A stretch of 64,000 nucleotides of DNA. Source: Ptychomitrium polyphyllum (taxonomy: Eukaryota). This document shows positions 40,387-58,872 of this stretch, piece by piece (the first letter of the stretch is position 1; each line of letters opens with the position of its first letter). The notes under the pieces were generated by a model. That model was not told where the DNA came from. It did no database searches and worked only from the letters and a program-made list of their open reading frames with translations. The DNA is taken from NCBI GenBank assembly GCA_973851085.1, contig OZ316775.1, positions 12,958,001-13,022,000 of the forward strand, written 5' to 3'. The position numbers and the translations under genes were made by a program.

Positions 40387-42464
40387 CTAGTGATTAAAAC
40401 TCAGCATAGAGTCCCGCATGCCTAGGAGTGCTTCCATTTGCTGGTCGTAGAACTCCTTGGTAAGCTTCAGCTGTTGTTTACGTTCCTGGTGGAAACGCTC
40501 TAGAAAATATTCAGGATACCTGCCGCAGTTTGCCAGGGGCTGTTTAGTCACTGACTACATCAGACTGTGACACTAGGATAATCAGTCTTTCATTTGCATC
40601 GTGTTGAAACTGCTTCGTTATGCACAACTATAAAAAATTAAAAAATTAAAAAAATTAAAAACCGTTTAGCCAAGTATATACATGATGCAATAATAAGGCA
40701 TTATATAAACTTGAAAGTGTCATATCAAACATGTGAACTAGTCAAGCCCGGAATGTTAGATAAAGTCGCCTACCTGTTCTTTATCAAAGAAGACAGCTCC
40801 TTTAGTTTGACTGCGTCAGGATAAACTCCAGCCTGTCGGCAAATGGCGCATTGTGCGTCGCAACGGGCTGATCTGGGACCCTCGTGTCCGAGCACAGAGG
40901 CAGCAGTACAGGCGCAATTGTTACAAAATAAATGGCCACACCCTAAGGCTACTGGATCAAACAGAGTCTCCTGAAAGACACAACAAATCGTGTGAGAAAA
41001 TTCAGAAAAAAGGAGTAAATATCCATAGAGAAATTAAATTTTTAAACTACTCAAGCTTAGCAAACTACAAACAATTAGATGACTGCATAAAGGAGACAGA
41101 AAGTATGTACCAGGCATATGGGGCATGAAAGGTCGAAGTCCAGCCTTGCAGAATCGACCAGAGTACAGGTAAGGGTCGGCGATGAGCTTTCGAAATCGCA
41201 AGAAAATTCCGCAACTAATTCTGACTCTGACATCACGGTATCCTCTTTCGCATCAGCGAGGTTGAGATGGAGCGCTCCCAGTTCAACCAAATACGGTGAC
41301 TTCAAGAGCTCACCACGCATGGCCATCAAACGGCTTTTCAATAAGCCCCCTTCTTTTGACCTATGAACCTGCACATGTAGACAATTCTTAGAGATATAAT
41401 CCAATGTAACAATGTCTACATTCCTGCACTGAAAAGGTACGAAATGTCTACAGAAACCTCGTGACAGCCATCTAGAGGAACTTGCAGTGGGTATTAGCAG
41501 TCCCAGAACAGCTTGTACCAGGCCGCTGTACAATGTTCTAAAGGAAAAATTGGCACCCACACAGGGCCAAAATAACGAGGTCATCCATCACCGTCACAGC
41601 TCCCACATATACCCGCAATGAAAATGTCGAGAGTATAAAAGACTACCTTGTCATATTTTTTCAAGATTTTTCGAACAGCTATGGCATTCATGGAGGCGTA
41701 ATTGATGAGGACCTGACCCTCCTGAATCATAGCTTCGCGATGGCTGCGTTTCCGTCCCAAGAAATACTTTCGCAGCCCCGTTGCCATGTGTAACTTTACC
41801 AGCTGCTCTGCACGGGTGTTAAAAGTTCCCACCACTTCCGATAGCTCCTCCATCAATTCCCCGAAAAACTTCGCATCGCAACCTGCAGACCATAGCCGAT
41901 TTTAGAAGGCGTAAATGTACATTGACTCCCAGTACTGTATAGCTCACTCAGAATCCGTATCACATAATGAGAAAATTCATTCTGAACCATTTTCTGTATA
42001 TATGTGTACCAAAGATGACTCAAATAAAATGTGATTCAAGCAAACAGCCACTATCGCCGGATAAGAGATATTGGCAAACATACTGTCGATTAACTTAGAT
42101 TCAAATGATGCTTTGAAATCTAAGCCAGCTCCGGCACAATCAACGTACCAGGGCACGCTGTAGGGCATACACAGCTCTTCAGAGTCAAAGCAGGCGAGCC
42201 TCTCCGATGCTTTTTCTTCGTCTGACCGGATGGCATGGCCTTCAAAGCCGGCGTTGTGCAAGCTCGTGAGTCCCCAGAGCAAGATGAGTTACAAAACAAG
42301 GTCGAAGTATTGCCATTGGCGTATTCGGCGGAATTGAGAGGGTCATGCATTGGACATCTCTTAAGAACTTTCTTCAGCTTTTTAAACTCCACGTACGAAC
42401 AGCCTGCCAATTGAGTGCTGGCTTCCTTCTCGATGAACTCCGAGTATGTCTTGCCGAACTTCAT
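40387..42464 (-). CDS. BAH1: SPX + RING E3 ubiquitin ligase, NLA/BAH1-like
   Basis: Exons 42464-42149, 41882-41647, 41368-41111, 40970-40774, 40519-40387. SPX motifs MKFGKTY...YVEFKKLKKVLKRC, CPGCDAKFFGELMEE and YASMNAIAVRKILKKYDKVH. C3HC4 RING [26 protein letters not shown]...CAICRQ. Confidence 0.95.
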
Positions 42465-43076
42465 GTTTCCTCACTTGCATAACCAAGCTACTTAATACCC
42501 AGGAAAAGTTCCAAGTCCTCTTCACTCCAAAATCCGAAGTGTGCTTGAAACGAAGCTTCTAATACAAACGATGCCTTCAGAAGACCCCCGTTACAATATA
42601 GGTTTCTATTGCTCCCTGGTTCACAGAAATGGAGCACGAATCTGCTCGAAACGATGAAGGCAATTGCTACACCGAGGGGCTGCAAGAAGATAGAAACTGG
42701 AGTATCCTCAACGTAACAACGGCTCGTTACCTTGACCAAAGATCAACTCAGATATTCAAAAGAACCAGTTTCACAACACCATTTCAGGAGGCCAAAGAAG
42801 TCACCAAAACTACAACCACCTAACCCAAGAAACAAAACTTGCAAAAAAGAAGATTCCTTCACAAACCCACGTCCAAAGCCCTGGGACGTGTCCCAAATAA
42901 CAATCAACAACCACGCTACCAACGTTGTCGAACCGCCTCAAAAAGTAAGCAAGCGTTCCGCTGCTCTTCGGCTTGTGACATGCAGTAAGAATGGATGCCA
43001 CGAAACGTCGAGGGCTTTCGAAGCGTCAAGGAGAGCGACGGACCAAACGAGGGGGAGCGGGTCAGGCGTAACGACG

Positions 43077-43148
43077 CTATCTGGGGGAGAAATCGACAAC
43101 AGAGGCACAGAATGATCTTGGCATTACTGGCATCGCTGGCATAGGCAT
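43077..43148 (-). other. Candidate uORF (23 aa, MPMPAMPVMPRSFCASVVDFSPR) in the presumed leader of the NLA-like gene
   Basis: Four in-frame ATG-CCN pairs lie within the first 10 codons and the ORF closes with TAG. It is ~610 nt upstream of the main ATG; the TSS is unknown. Confidence 0.45.
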
Positions 43149-43573
43149 ACAATCGCTATTGTGGAGGAGTGCAGACGACCGACCGTCTGCACGGACCTCC
43201 GGAGGTGCTTCGAAGATTCAGAATTGGTGCCGCGACTCAGAGCCGTCAAAGCCGCAACTGAATCTTCACTGCAACTGCTTTTCCGCACTAGATTCAACCT
43301 TCTCCTACCTCCGCACCCGGTAAAACCCCCAAGGTTTTCCTCTCCGTCATTCTCCCCACTTGCTCCATCCATACCATTTAGCATCGAGATTGCCACCCGA
43401 TTAAAAGAATCACAACTTCTACGCACTTGAGCTCCGCCAAAATTCAACAGCCGGATTTCTTCTCAAGTCGTTCATATTGCTTCGCAGAGTTGAAAAAAAC
43501 GACGTAATCCGGCAAAAAGTAGGGTTTCACCAGCATACGCATACCTCGTCCACTTAAGAATATAACCTCCACG

Positions 43574-43773
43574 GTACCAGAGCGGTATCACCTGCGTCCT
43601 ATCACGGTATATCACGAGTATCTCTTAGGTATCACGTTGAAAGTCAGCTGATTATCGCCCTAAAACAACAATGCCTATATAGCTTTGTATGTTGAAATGC
43701 ACCCGCGCAAGTATCACCAGTGCATCACATCAGTATCTCCCTCAAAACTCGCGGGATTATGATGTAGTATCAT
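43574..43773 (-). promoter_or_regulatory. Array of 11-bp-phased GTATCAC-like motifs upstream of the NLA-like gene
   Basis: GTAY at 43574, 43585, 43607, 43618, 43629, and GYAT at 43711, 43722, 43733. Most are followed by C(A/T)C. Confidence 0.5.
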
Positions 43774-46700
43774 TAACATTTCACAGAAAAAGTTGATGTG
43801 GTAAACCCTCGTCGCCACGTTACCACGGCGTTCCACGAGGGCATCCACGGCGTCGTTTGTGTCGCAAGCAAGCTGGGTACCCAACTGTCGCTGCGCGGAC
43901 GTGGCGCCATATACCGCTCTCGTCGTTCATCTTCTCCACTTGCACCGCTTGAGTAATTTCCACAACAGTGTAAGAGCGAGAGAAACGGATTCACTTTTGC
44001 ACTTGTGTCATCAATCGATTGACTCGTGGAAGCTAAGATTACTGCAAATGCGCTTTAGAAGGTGCTCTATTTTGATCCTTCTGAACATGATGAACTATTC
44101 AAATAGGTGATGAGCCTCGGATATGCGAACTGACATGGTTGACTGTGTGATGAGAATAGAAGTCAAGAACATGAGATGCAGTTGTTGTGACAATTAATGC
44201 TACTCTTGAGGCTCATATATAAAAGCATATGAATCTTGAAAATGTGACTTGTAAGTCGCAGGGCAGGGTACGTTCGTCGTGCTGCTGATGGTGGCATGGA
44301 ATTCATGATTCCCAAGAATGGATCTGGTCCCTATTCTGCTTCGTGTTAAAGTCGATTAGTCTCGGAGTTGGACCCTCGTGAGAACTGCGTGTGGTCGCTC
44401 CAGAGTCCAATGTGCACAGATAGTATCAAGAACTAAAACGCAGCCAGGGTGTGTGTACATTTTGAATGAAAGGTGATTGTACTTTCTCCTCGAAACAAAT
44501 GTAATATACCAAAATCCATTTACAATACCATCAATTATCCATTCGTCGAAAAACAAAACAAAATGTCGTCCTGCTTCTATTTGTCTCGATGTAATCCAAG
44601 CTGGTTCAAGTGCTTTAAGAGCAAATTTACCAAAACAAATAGAATTTCCTCGAGACTGCTAAATACACGAGCTAGTTGCAGAGAAGATTACAATGGATAA
44701 CAGAATCTGGTGAAGGCACGGTTCTGTCAAGTGGTTAAATACGATCGGATGACTTTTATAATAGGTTACACCCGTCGGTTAGATTTCTCTCAGAGTAAAA
44801 CGTAAATAAACTGGAGCAATCACCGCAGTGTGGTTCTCCCATTTTCATGTTTATATATGCATTATTAGAATTGCAGTATTTATCATGGGATAGACCCCTG
44901 CTCTGCTCCACTAGGAGGATCAGGCTTCTCGCGGCCTGAGGATTATGATGAAAGGTCATGGTCTGGTGCTGAGGTGGACAATGCGATCGGTAATAGGGTA
45001 CTTCTTAACAACGGTCAAAGGAGCAAAACCGGAGCGAGCTGGTAACTTTACCGTGCTCCAGCCAATGAGAGGAGGGAACACATTGCGCGGAAAATGAGGC
45101 TATGTCCGGACTATAGAATCTACAAGAGCCTCTCAGAAGCCTCCACGTCGGCTGCCAGCCTAGACAGATACTGAATCTTGTGGGCTGGTTTGGGGTTGGA
45201 TAAGCGTGACGCCACGCTATAATCACGGCATGCTATGGTCGATTGTGTTACTTTCCTGTACGTGTACTTGTTAAAGATATCTTATGTTTTTGAATTTTAC
45301 AGAAAAAAAATTTACAGATAATATTCATGTATATTATCCATGTATGATTATCCAATAGAAAATGCATGGATGGATACATGCACACTTGTACTTTCAACAT
45401 CAAAAACAAACAAATTGTGTAATGCGTTAAAATTTTCACTTTAAACTAAACATCTAATGGAGATGTGGATTGTTTCAGATCAGTTAGTTATATTTCTAAT
45501 GGATGTGACAAATTAGGTGATTTTTACATGATCTAGAAAACTAAAATATAATGATTCCTCGATTTAATTTTTTATTTTATCTATAGCTCTATAACAATTT
45601 ACATATACTTTTTTTGTATTTTAATACATAAATGTTTCTTTTTCTTACTCTTACACATATACACACTTGTACTTTCAATTCTTAAATTAAAAAAGTATAT
45701 CAAAAGACATATATATAATCTATTGCCTTTATAATATTTGTACATTAATTAATTAATTTCTTTTAGAGCTTTAGGCATAGTGCAATTTGGAATTATATGT
45801 TGAATTAAACATATTGAATTAATTGAAATTAGTGTTAAAAAGGTGCTAAAAGACAAAATGACTATGTCATTAAATTACTAGATTGTACTTATTTATCTAT
45901 AATTAATGATATTTTTTAATTCATGCTTATATATAAAGTTTTTATTTTGTACATAATTCACAAAAAATTTAAATATTTGGATGAAAATAATAAATTATTA
46001 TAGATGGAAAAATTCTTTATCAGTGTTCCTGTTATAATCATAGTTTTTCATCATAAATGTTCATAAATGTTGCTATATTTAAAATAGATACATTAAAATC
46101 CATTTTTGTTAATAATCTTTTAAATTAATTTTCTAAATTCAATCATCTAATTCAATCTATCAAAGTTCTATTGGAATACATTTGTTTAGATATAAAATGG
46201 AAACTAGTGTTTCATTTTGTACCCATAATTATACAAAATTTAATGTACAAAATTCAGCATATCAAATAAAGAAGAATATATTTTTACATGCTCATTGCAT
46301 ACAAACTTCATAGACTCTAAACTTAAATCCATTAAAATCTTCACTAGATTTAGGGAAAGATAATATGGTCTCGTTTGGTATAGAAATATGCAAGATATTG
46401 AGGGTCAAAATCCCTTCTTGGATGCTTGTTACATTTGTTTTAAAAAGGGGTCTACAGGATGCAACTTTACTTTAGAGGTGTCTATTTGTACATTATATTG
46501 CAATACAAATATGAAAAAAGGGGCACTAATTGCAATTCTCTTTTTTGATACAAATGCAAAAATAATTCTATGGACAATACAAAAAAGTGTCACTGGACTG
46601 GACAACCGATTATAATTATATTCAAATTTAAATGATATACCAGTGAGCAAAGACAACCCTGTTCACAGTGTGCAAGGGGCCTACACCGCAACACTTACAT

Positions 46701-46857
46701 ACAGATTAGGTTCTCCACAAAGAATCTGCACATGTCAAATTTTATTAGCAGATGGCAATTCAATACGCTACTCAATAAATGTTCAGAACGTTTTCTGCCT
46801 CCCATTCACATTTTACCAAAGTTTAGAGCCACACACTGTTCTCAGTTATAAAACCTC

Positions 46858-54275
<7,418 letters not shown>

Positions 54276-56821
54276 GGCAAACCCCGGCACACGCCTGATA
54301 GAGCAGCAACAATCGACAAGACGCACCAAATTTGATGCTCGAAAGTGGCAGTGAGTGACCGAGAAGGTGCGCACCTGCAGGAGGGACGATCGCGCGAGCG
54401 CCTGGCGGTGATGGTACAATAGAGCACAGGACGGGCGACGAGACTCCCGGCTATGGCAATCACACAAAGTGCAAGCTTTTATTGAGCCTCGGCAGGCTTA
54501 CAACTGAGTCATCTTCTCCATTGGACGCAATACCCGCCTGAGTATCACCCAAGTATAACCTAAGTATGTTTGCTTGTGAAGGCGAGTCGCCCTTCGACTG
54601 CGGACTTGAAAGCCAATGCCAAAGCAGAGCAAAGCAAAGTGCGACGCAGTTCCACAGAGAGCCTCTGGCCGCGCGGTTGAAGCGCGCGACGCGTGATCGA
54701 GGGGGTGCAGGGTCACTGGGGTTGGAGCTCTGCTGATAACTGAGGACGCGCGGTTTGGAAGCTTGGAACTTTTCTGACCTCAGCTTTTATGTGCTCCTAG
54801 CCCAAGTCAATGACTGTGGAAATATGTACATACTTTGGCATGTCACTCATCATTGGAGAAGATAAGTGAAGGGAAGCATACCGAAAACCGTCACCGCATC
54901 CAAGACTAACTTTGGCCATCATGAGTGTGCTTTTCGCAGCACAAATCCTACAAAATGCTAGATGATGTCGATTTCAGGTACATCAAAGATTCAGGGCAGT
55001 CACTGTAACGAGCTTGATATTTACTACATATTCTATAGACTAAGTATCCTGGGTTGTCCACCTACTATAGATAACGCCGGTTTTGGATGAGTGACGGTTC
55101 TGAGTATGCATTTCTGAACCATGCCAGCCCTTGGTCTTCAGTTGGTTACTTTGCTCGTCTATTGGCTCCTCCATTTGTCAGTTGATGTGAAATGTACAAT
55201 GCGCTTCTACAAAGAGGGTGTATCGAAGGACGTAACATTTCAATGCTAGGGTAGTCCTCCCTTGGAATTTACAAATGTTAAGCATTTATCAAGTATAAAT
55301 CAACAACCTATAACTTTGATTTCCAAATTTATACCTAAAAGGAAGAATATTTTTAATTTTTATTTTAATATGTTATTGATCAAAAAATAATTTTAAATAA
55401 TTTATTACATAGAATATTTTGAGAAAATCAATAATTGATCATCAATGCATGTACAAGGAATTTCATGCATATGTCAATTATTTGTATGTATGCCTATACA
55501 TCTTTGAAGTTGCTTGTAATTGAAAAAAAAAAATTTAATTAAAAATGTCAATGATTTAATTAATTTAATTCTAACATGTTGAAGATTATTGGAGATTTGT
55601 ATATGAAAATATAAATCTTATTGTATTTTTAAAAAAGCCATTTAAAATTTAATATAATTTTATTTTTTATGACCAATTATAATGTTATGTAAAACAAAAT
55701 AATATCAAGGACTTAATAATGAGATTATCATTAATTTTTTTGTATTATTACTATATAATGTTGAAATTATTGCATTAGATTTTTTGTAAGGCACATTCAT
55801 AATATTGATGTATATTAATATAACTTGTTTATCAGCTTCAAAACCTTGTGTAATATTTTACAATAAAAAATATTCCCTTATAATTCAAAATTGTTTTATT
55901 GGTTATTAGCGGTTTGTTTAAGCTATATTCACTTTTTTACATATTTTTAAAAATTTCATCATATAAAACCTAATTTAAAGGCTACTTCACACCTTGTCTT
56001 CTAGTCCATATAAGAAGAGATTTTTTACTATTTATAAGAGATATCAGCAATAGGATTGATTGTGATTTAAAAATTCTCCTATAAAACTTTACACACTATT
56101 TTGTTTGTTAATAAGAAAAACAAGTTGAAGCTAGATGAGAAAATGAGTTAGCTCCCTATATGGTAATAAGCATTGCAAGAAAGTTATTTTTTTTTGTTTT
56201 TAACTTTTCACTATTTTCTTTTGTTAACCACTCCTTAGAGTGTTCTTGAAATAGCAACCAAAAGGTTGATTCACTAAAGAAGACTTTCCCCTTTCTTGAT
56301 TATTGAGAATCTCCTTCTCATCTTTTGAGGCTTGTCTTTTGTCAAAATTATCCATATTTTGAGTTAAAATGTTTTACTTGTCCTGCCTTCCATCTTCCAC
56401 AGGACAAGGTATGAATTAACACTAAATTGTGAACTGAACAAGTATGTTGTGAGAGTGCACAAGAACTTGCTTCCTAGTAGGAATAGGAGGGACAGTAAGG
56501 GATAGAGAAAGGCTGCATATAGAATGTCATGCGTGCCCACAAAGTAAACACAATGCCAGCATGAGAAAAGTACATGAAGAAAGAGACCATGGCTTCATGT
56601 CGGTTCGACACATGGAAAGCACACCAGCTGACACGCATTGCGCCTCCTAATCGCAGACTAGGCGTCTGTCCGAGTGTGGGAGCAACATTCCATTCCGGTA
56701 ATGTAACAGAACGCACACTGTAACGTATGGGGATGTGTGGGCACCCAAGTTGTGCACCAATTTTGTCGCCTGCTGGCCATTCACGGCGTTCATTGGATCG
56801 CTCGCTCAATTACCATGCAAC

Positions 56822-58135
56822 ATGGCATTCCTGCTTACATTGCCGAAAGCGCTCGCTGCGTACGATACTATACTGGTTTCCTTCCTCTTGCATCATTTGC
56901 TGGACGCGTTCAATCATTGCGTATGCCTTGGCTGATTGGCTCCTGTAAACTTGGCTAATTCTGAAAGCGATAGTTCCTAGCTAGTTGGACGTCCTGTGAG
57001 TGGTTGTGGGCACATAATTGAAATTCCACCTTGATTTTCTAGATGGGTGTTACAATTTTAGGATTTGTGCTTCCTTGGTTCGTTTACGTTCAGAATGTGC
57101 AATTGCAGTGTCCTCAAGTTGAACTATTCGTTTCAGCACTACTTCCGGCTTCCAGTTTGGCTTGGATTCACTTTGAGCTTCACTGTGAGCTTCACTTGGC
57201 GACGATGTTGATGTTCCATGGTTAACATCCGGGAACACAGTTGGGGTCGTCTTGTGGGCTCTGGGTTGTTGGAAATGTCTTGCTGTTGCTCAAGTGAGGA
57301 ATTGTGGTGTGTGCAGTTGTTTCGGGAATGTTTGCGACGGGCAGATTATGTAGGAAGTCAGGTGCGACCTTTCTCTGACTTCTACTGGTAACATTGTTTG
57401 CTGGTGTGTCTGCATGGTTATAATTTACAGCTTCAGGTTTTAGGGTAAAATCTGGACGGTGATATCAAACTGCTGATAACATGTTTAGATTCAATGAAGG
57501 AGTGGTCTTCACGCCGAAGGATGGTGTAGAGAAGCTCCTAGGGCCAAGAATCACGCATGTTTTGGATAGTGCAATGTTTTCATTCTCTTACAAGGATGGG
57601 TTTGCTGCTTTGTTTGATAGTTCTGCTATTTTGCGCATTTGTTTTCCTGGTGCTAACTTCAAGTGCTTGTGGGCAGTATGGCTCAAACAGGGAGGTACTG
57701 AAATCGCTCGTTCGGGAACAGTTTAGACGAAACATGCACGAGACTGACCCTGAGAAAATTGAAGCGCAGAGAGAAGTGTAAGTTTACTTGCCATGCGAAA
57801 CAAATGGAATTTTTCGTGATTCGCTATCTTGCTGTTATGGTGTGGCCTTATTCTTACATCACAGTCGCATGAACGTTGACAACTGCTTTTAGCCAAGACA
57901 AGTTGCAGCATTTCAAGCCCTGGAAATTGATTTTGATGAACTCTGAGAGCTGAAGTGCATAATCTTGATTTTCGGCAGGGCTGCACGCGCATTATTCAAC
58001 CACATGTATTATGAAGCTGGTCGCATGGCTCGTGAACATGCTGAGGCTGCTCTTATCAAAGAATCGCTGCTGGGGCTTCCAAGACCGGCACTGGGAATGA
58101 CTTTGCAGGACGAAGGTAGCAAAGCCTCTGAGTGA
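56822..58135 (+). CDS. LYR-motif (Complex1_LYR family) protein, ~118 aa
   Basis: Exons 56822-56875, 57317-57361, 57677-57777, 57979-58135 join in frame: MAFLLTLPKALAAYDTILLFRECLRRADYVGSQYGSNREVLKSLVREQFRRNMHETDPEKIEAQREVAARALFNHMYYEAGRM... It has an LFR variant of the LYR motif and the downstream F..N..ETDP.KI signature. Confidence 0.85.
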
Positions 58136-58389
58136 CCATGTGGAGGACGGCCTAGGTTGCCATTTGAGCTGCATCGTATATGTTGAGAAATGGTTGATAA
58201 TCTATTCTCACTGGCTCCCATTGGTTTATACCAATCATTTTAGTTGACCGTCTGGAGGATGCAACCAGTTCTGAAGCTCTTTTCCTCCTAGGTCAGGTTT
58301 GTCGATTGATAGAATCGACACAGAACAAGCTATCTTAGATCATCTGAGAGTGAAAACCGGTTCAGTGATTTAGTGTCTAGCCATGCAAA

Positions 58390-58872
58390 ATTTCACGGAA
58401 GCTCAGCTTTTACAGATTGAAAATAATGTGAAAACCTGCATCTGCTTTGTTTTACCAATCTCTAAGTTATCTTCATATACGGCACTGATGGGAACGGAAT
58501 TTATAGCAGTTGGGACACTCTTCATTTGGTTATGGTGCATGTGTTTCTCCGATGCCTTCTTTTGCATCACAACTGCTTGTTATTCTGGGGGCCTTGGTCA
58601 GCGACATCAGCTGATTCTCCATCTGTCTAACCTCTTGCAAGTGTATCAGTGTCAGTTCAGGGTTGGAAGGTGATGATCTAATCGGCGAACTTTTTGGCGT
58701 TACGACTCGAAATCCTGCTTCCACAGTTTTAGAGGGCAAGTCTCAGTAATATACACAACAATTGAGCCTAGTCCTCTCCATGTTGAGTCGAAAGTTACGA
58801 CAGCTGCTGTTAAACGATGACTTAAGAAACTTCCAGGGGTGCATACACATACAAATGGTGCATTTTGACGTT
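58390..58872 (+). repeat. Diverged direct duplication, copy 1
   Basis: Colinear with 61739-62241. Shared blocks include CATCTGCTTTG, ACGGCACTGATG, TGGTGCATG, GATTCTCCATCT, AAGTGTATCA and GACAGCTGCTGT. Confidence 0.85.

Noticed and set aside
42893..42913. miR827-like target site in the NLA-like leader
   Set aside because: It needs four G:U pairs plus mismatches including position 10, and is explained by the GT-rich composition of the leader.
44119..44126. P1BS (GGATATGC) upstream of the SPX-RING gene
   Set aside because: A single 6-informative-base match is expected by chance every few kb.
45038..45190. HDV-like ribozyme (GCTGGTA/TGCCAGC P1; GCC-TCCACGTC-GGC P3/L3)
   Set aside because: It lacks the GG after P1' needed for P1.1, has no correctly placed catalytic C/J4-2, and P2 pairing is poor.
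56377..56408. 9-bp hairpin CTTGTCCTG/CAGGACAAG as a Helitron end or terminator
   Set aside because: The 14-nt loop and only a weak CTAA downstream give no further support.
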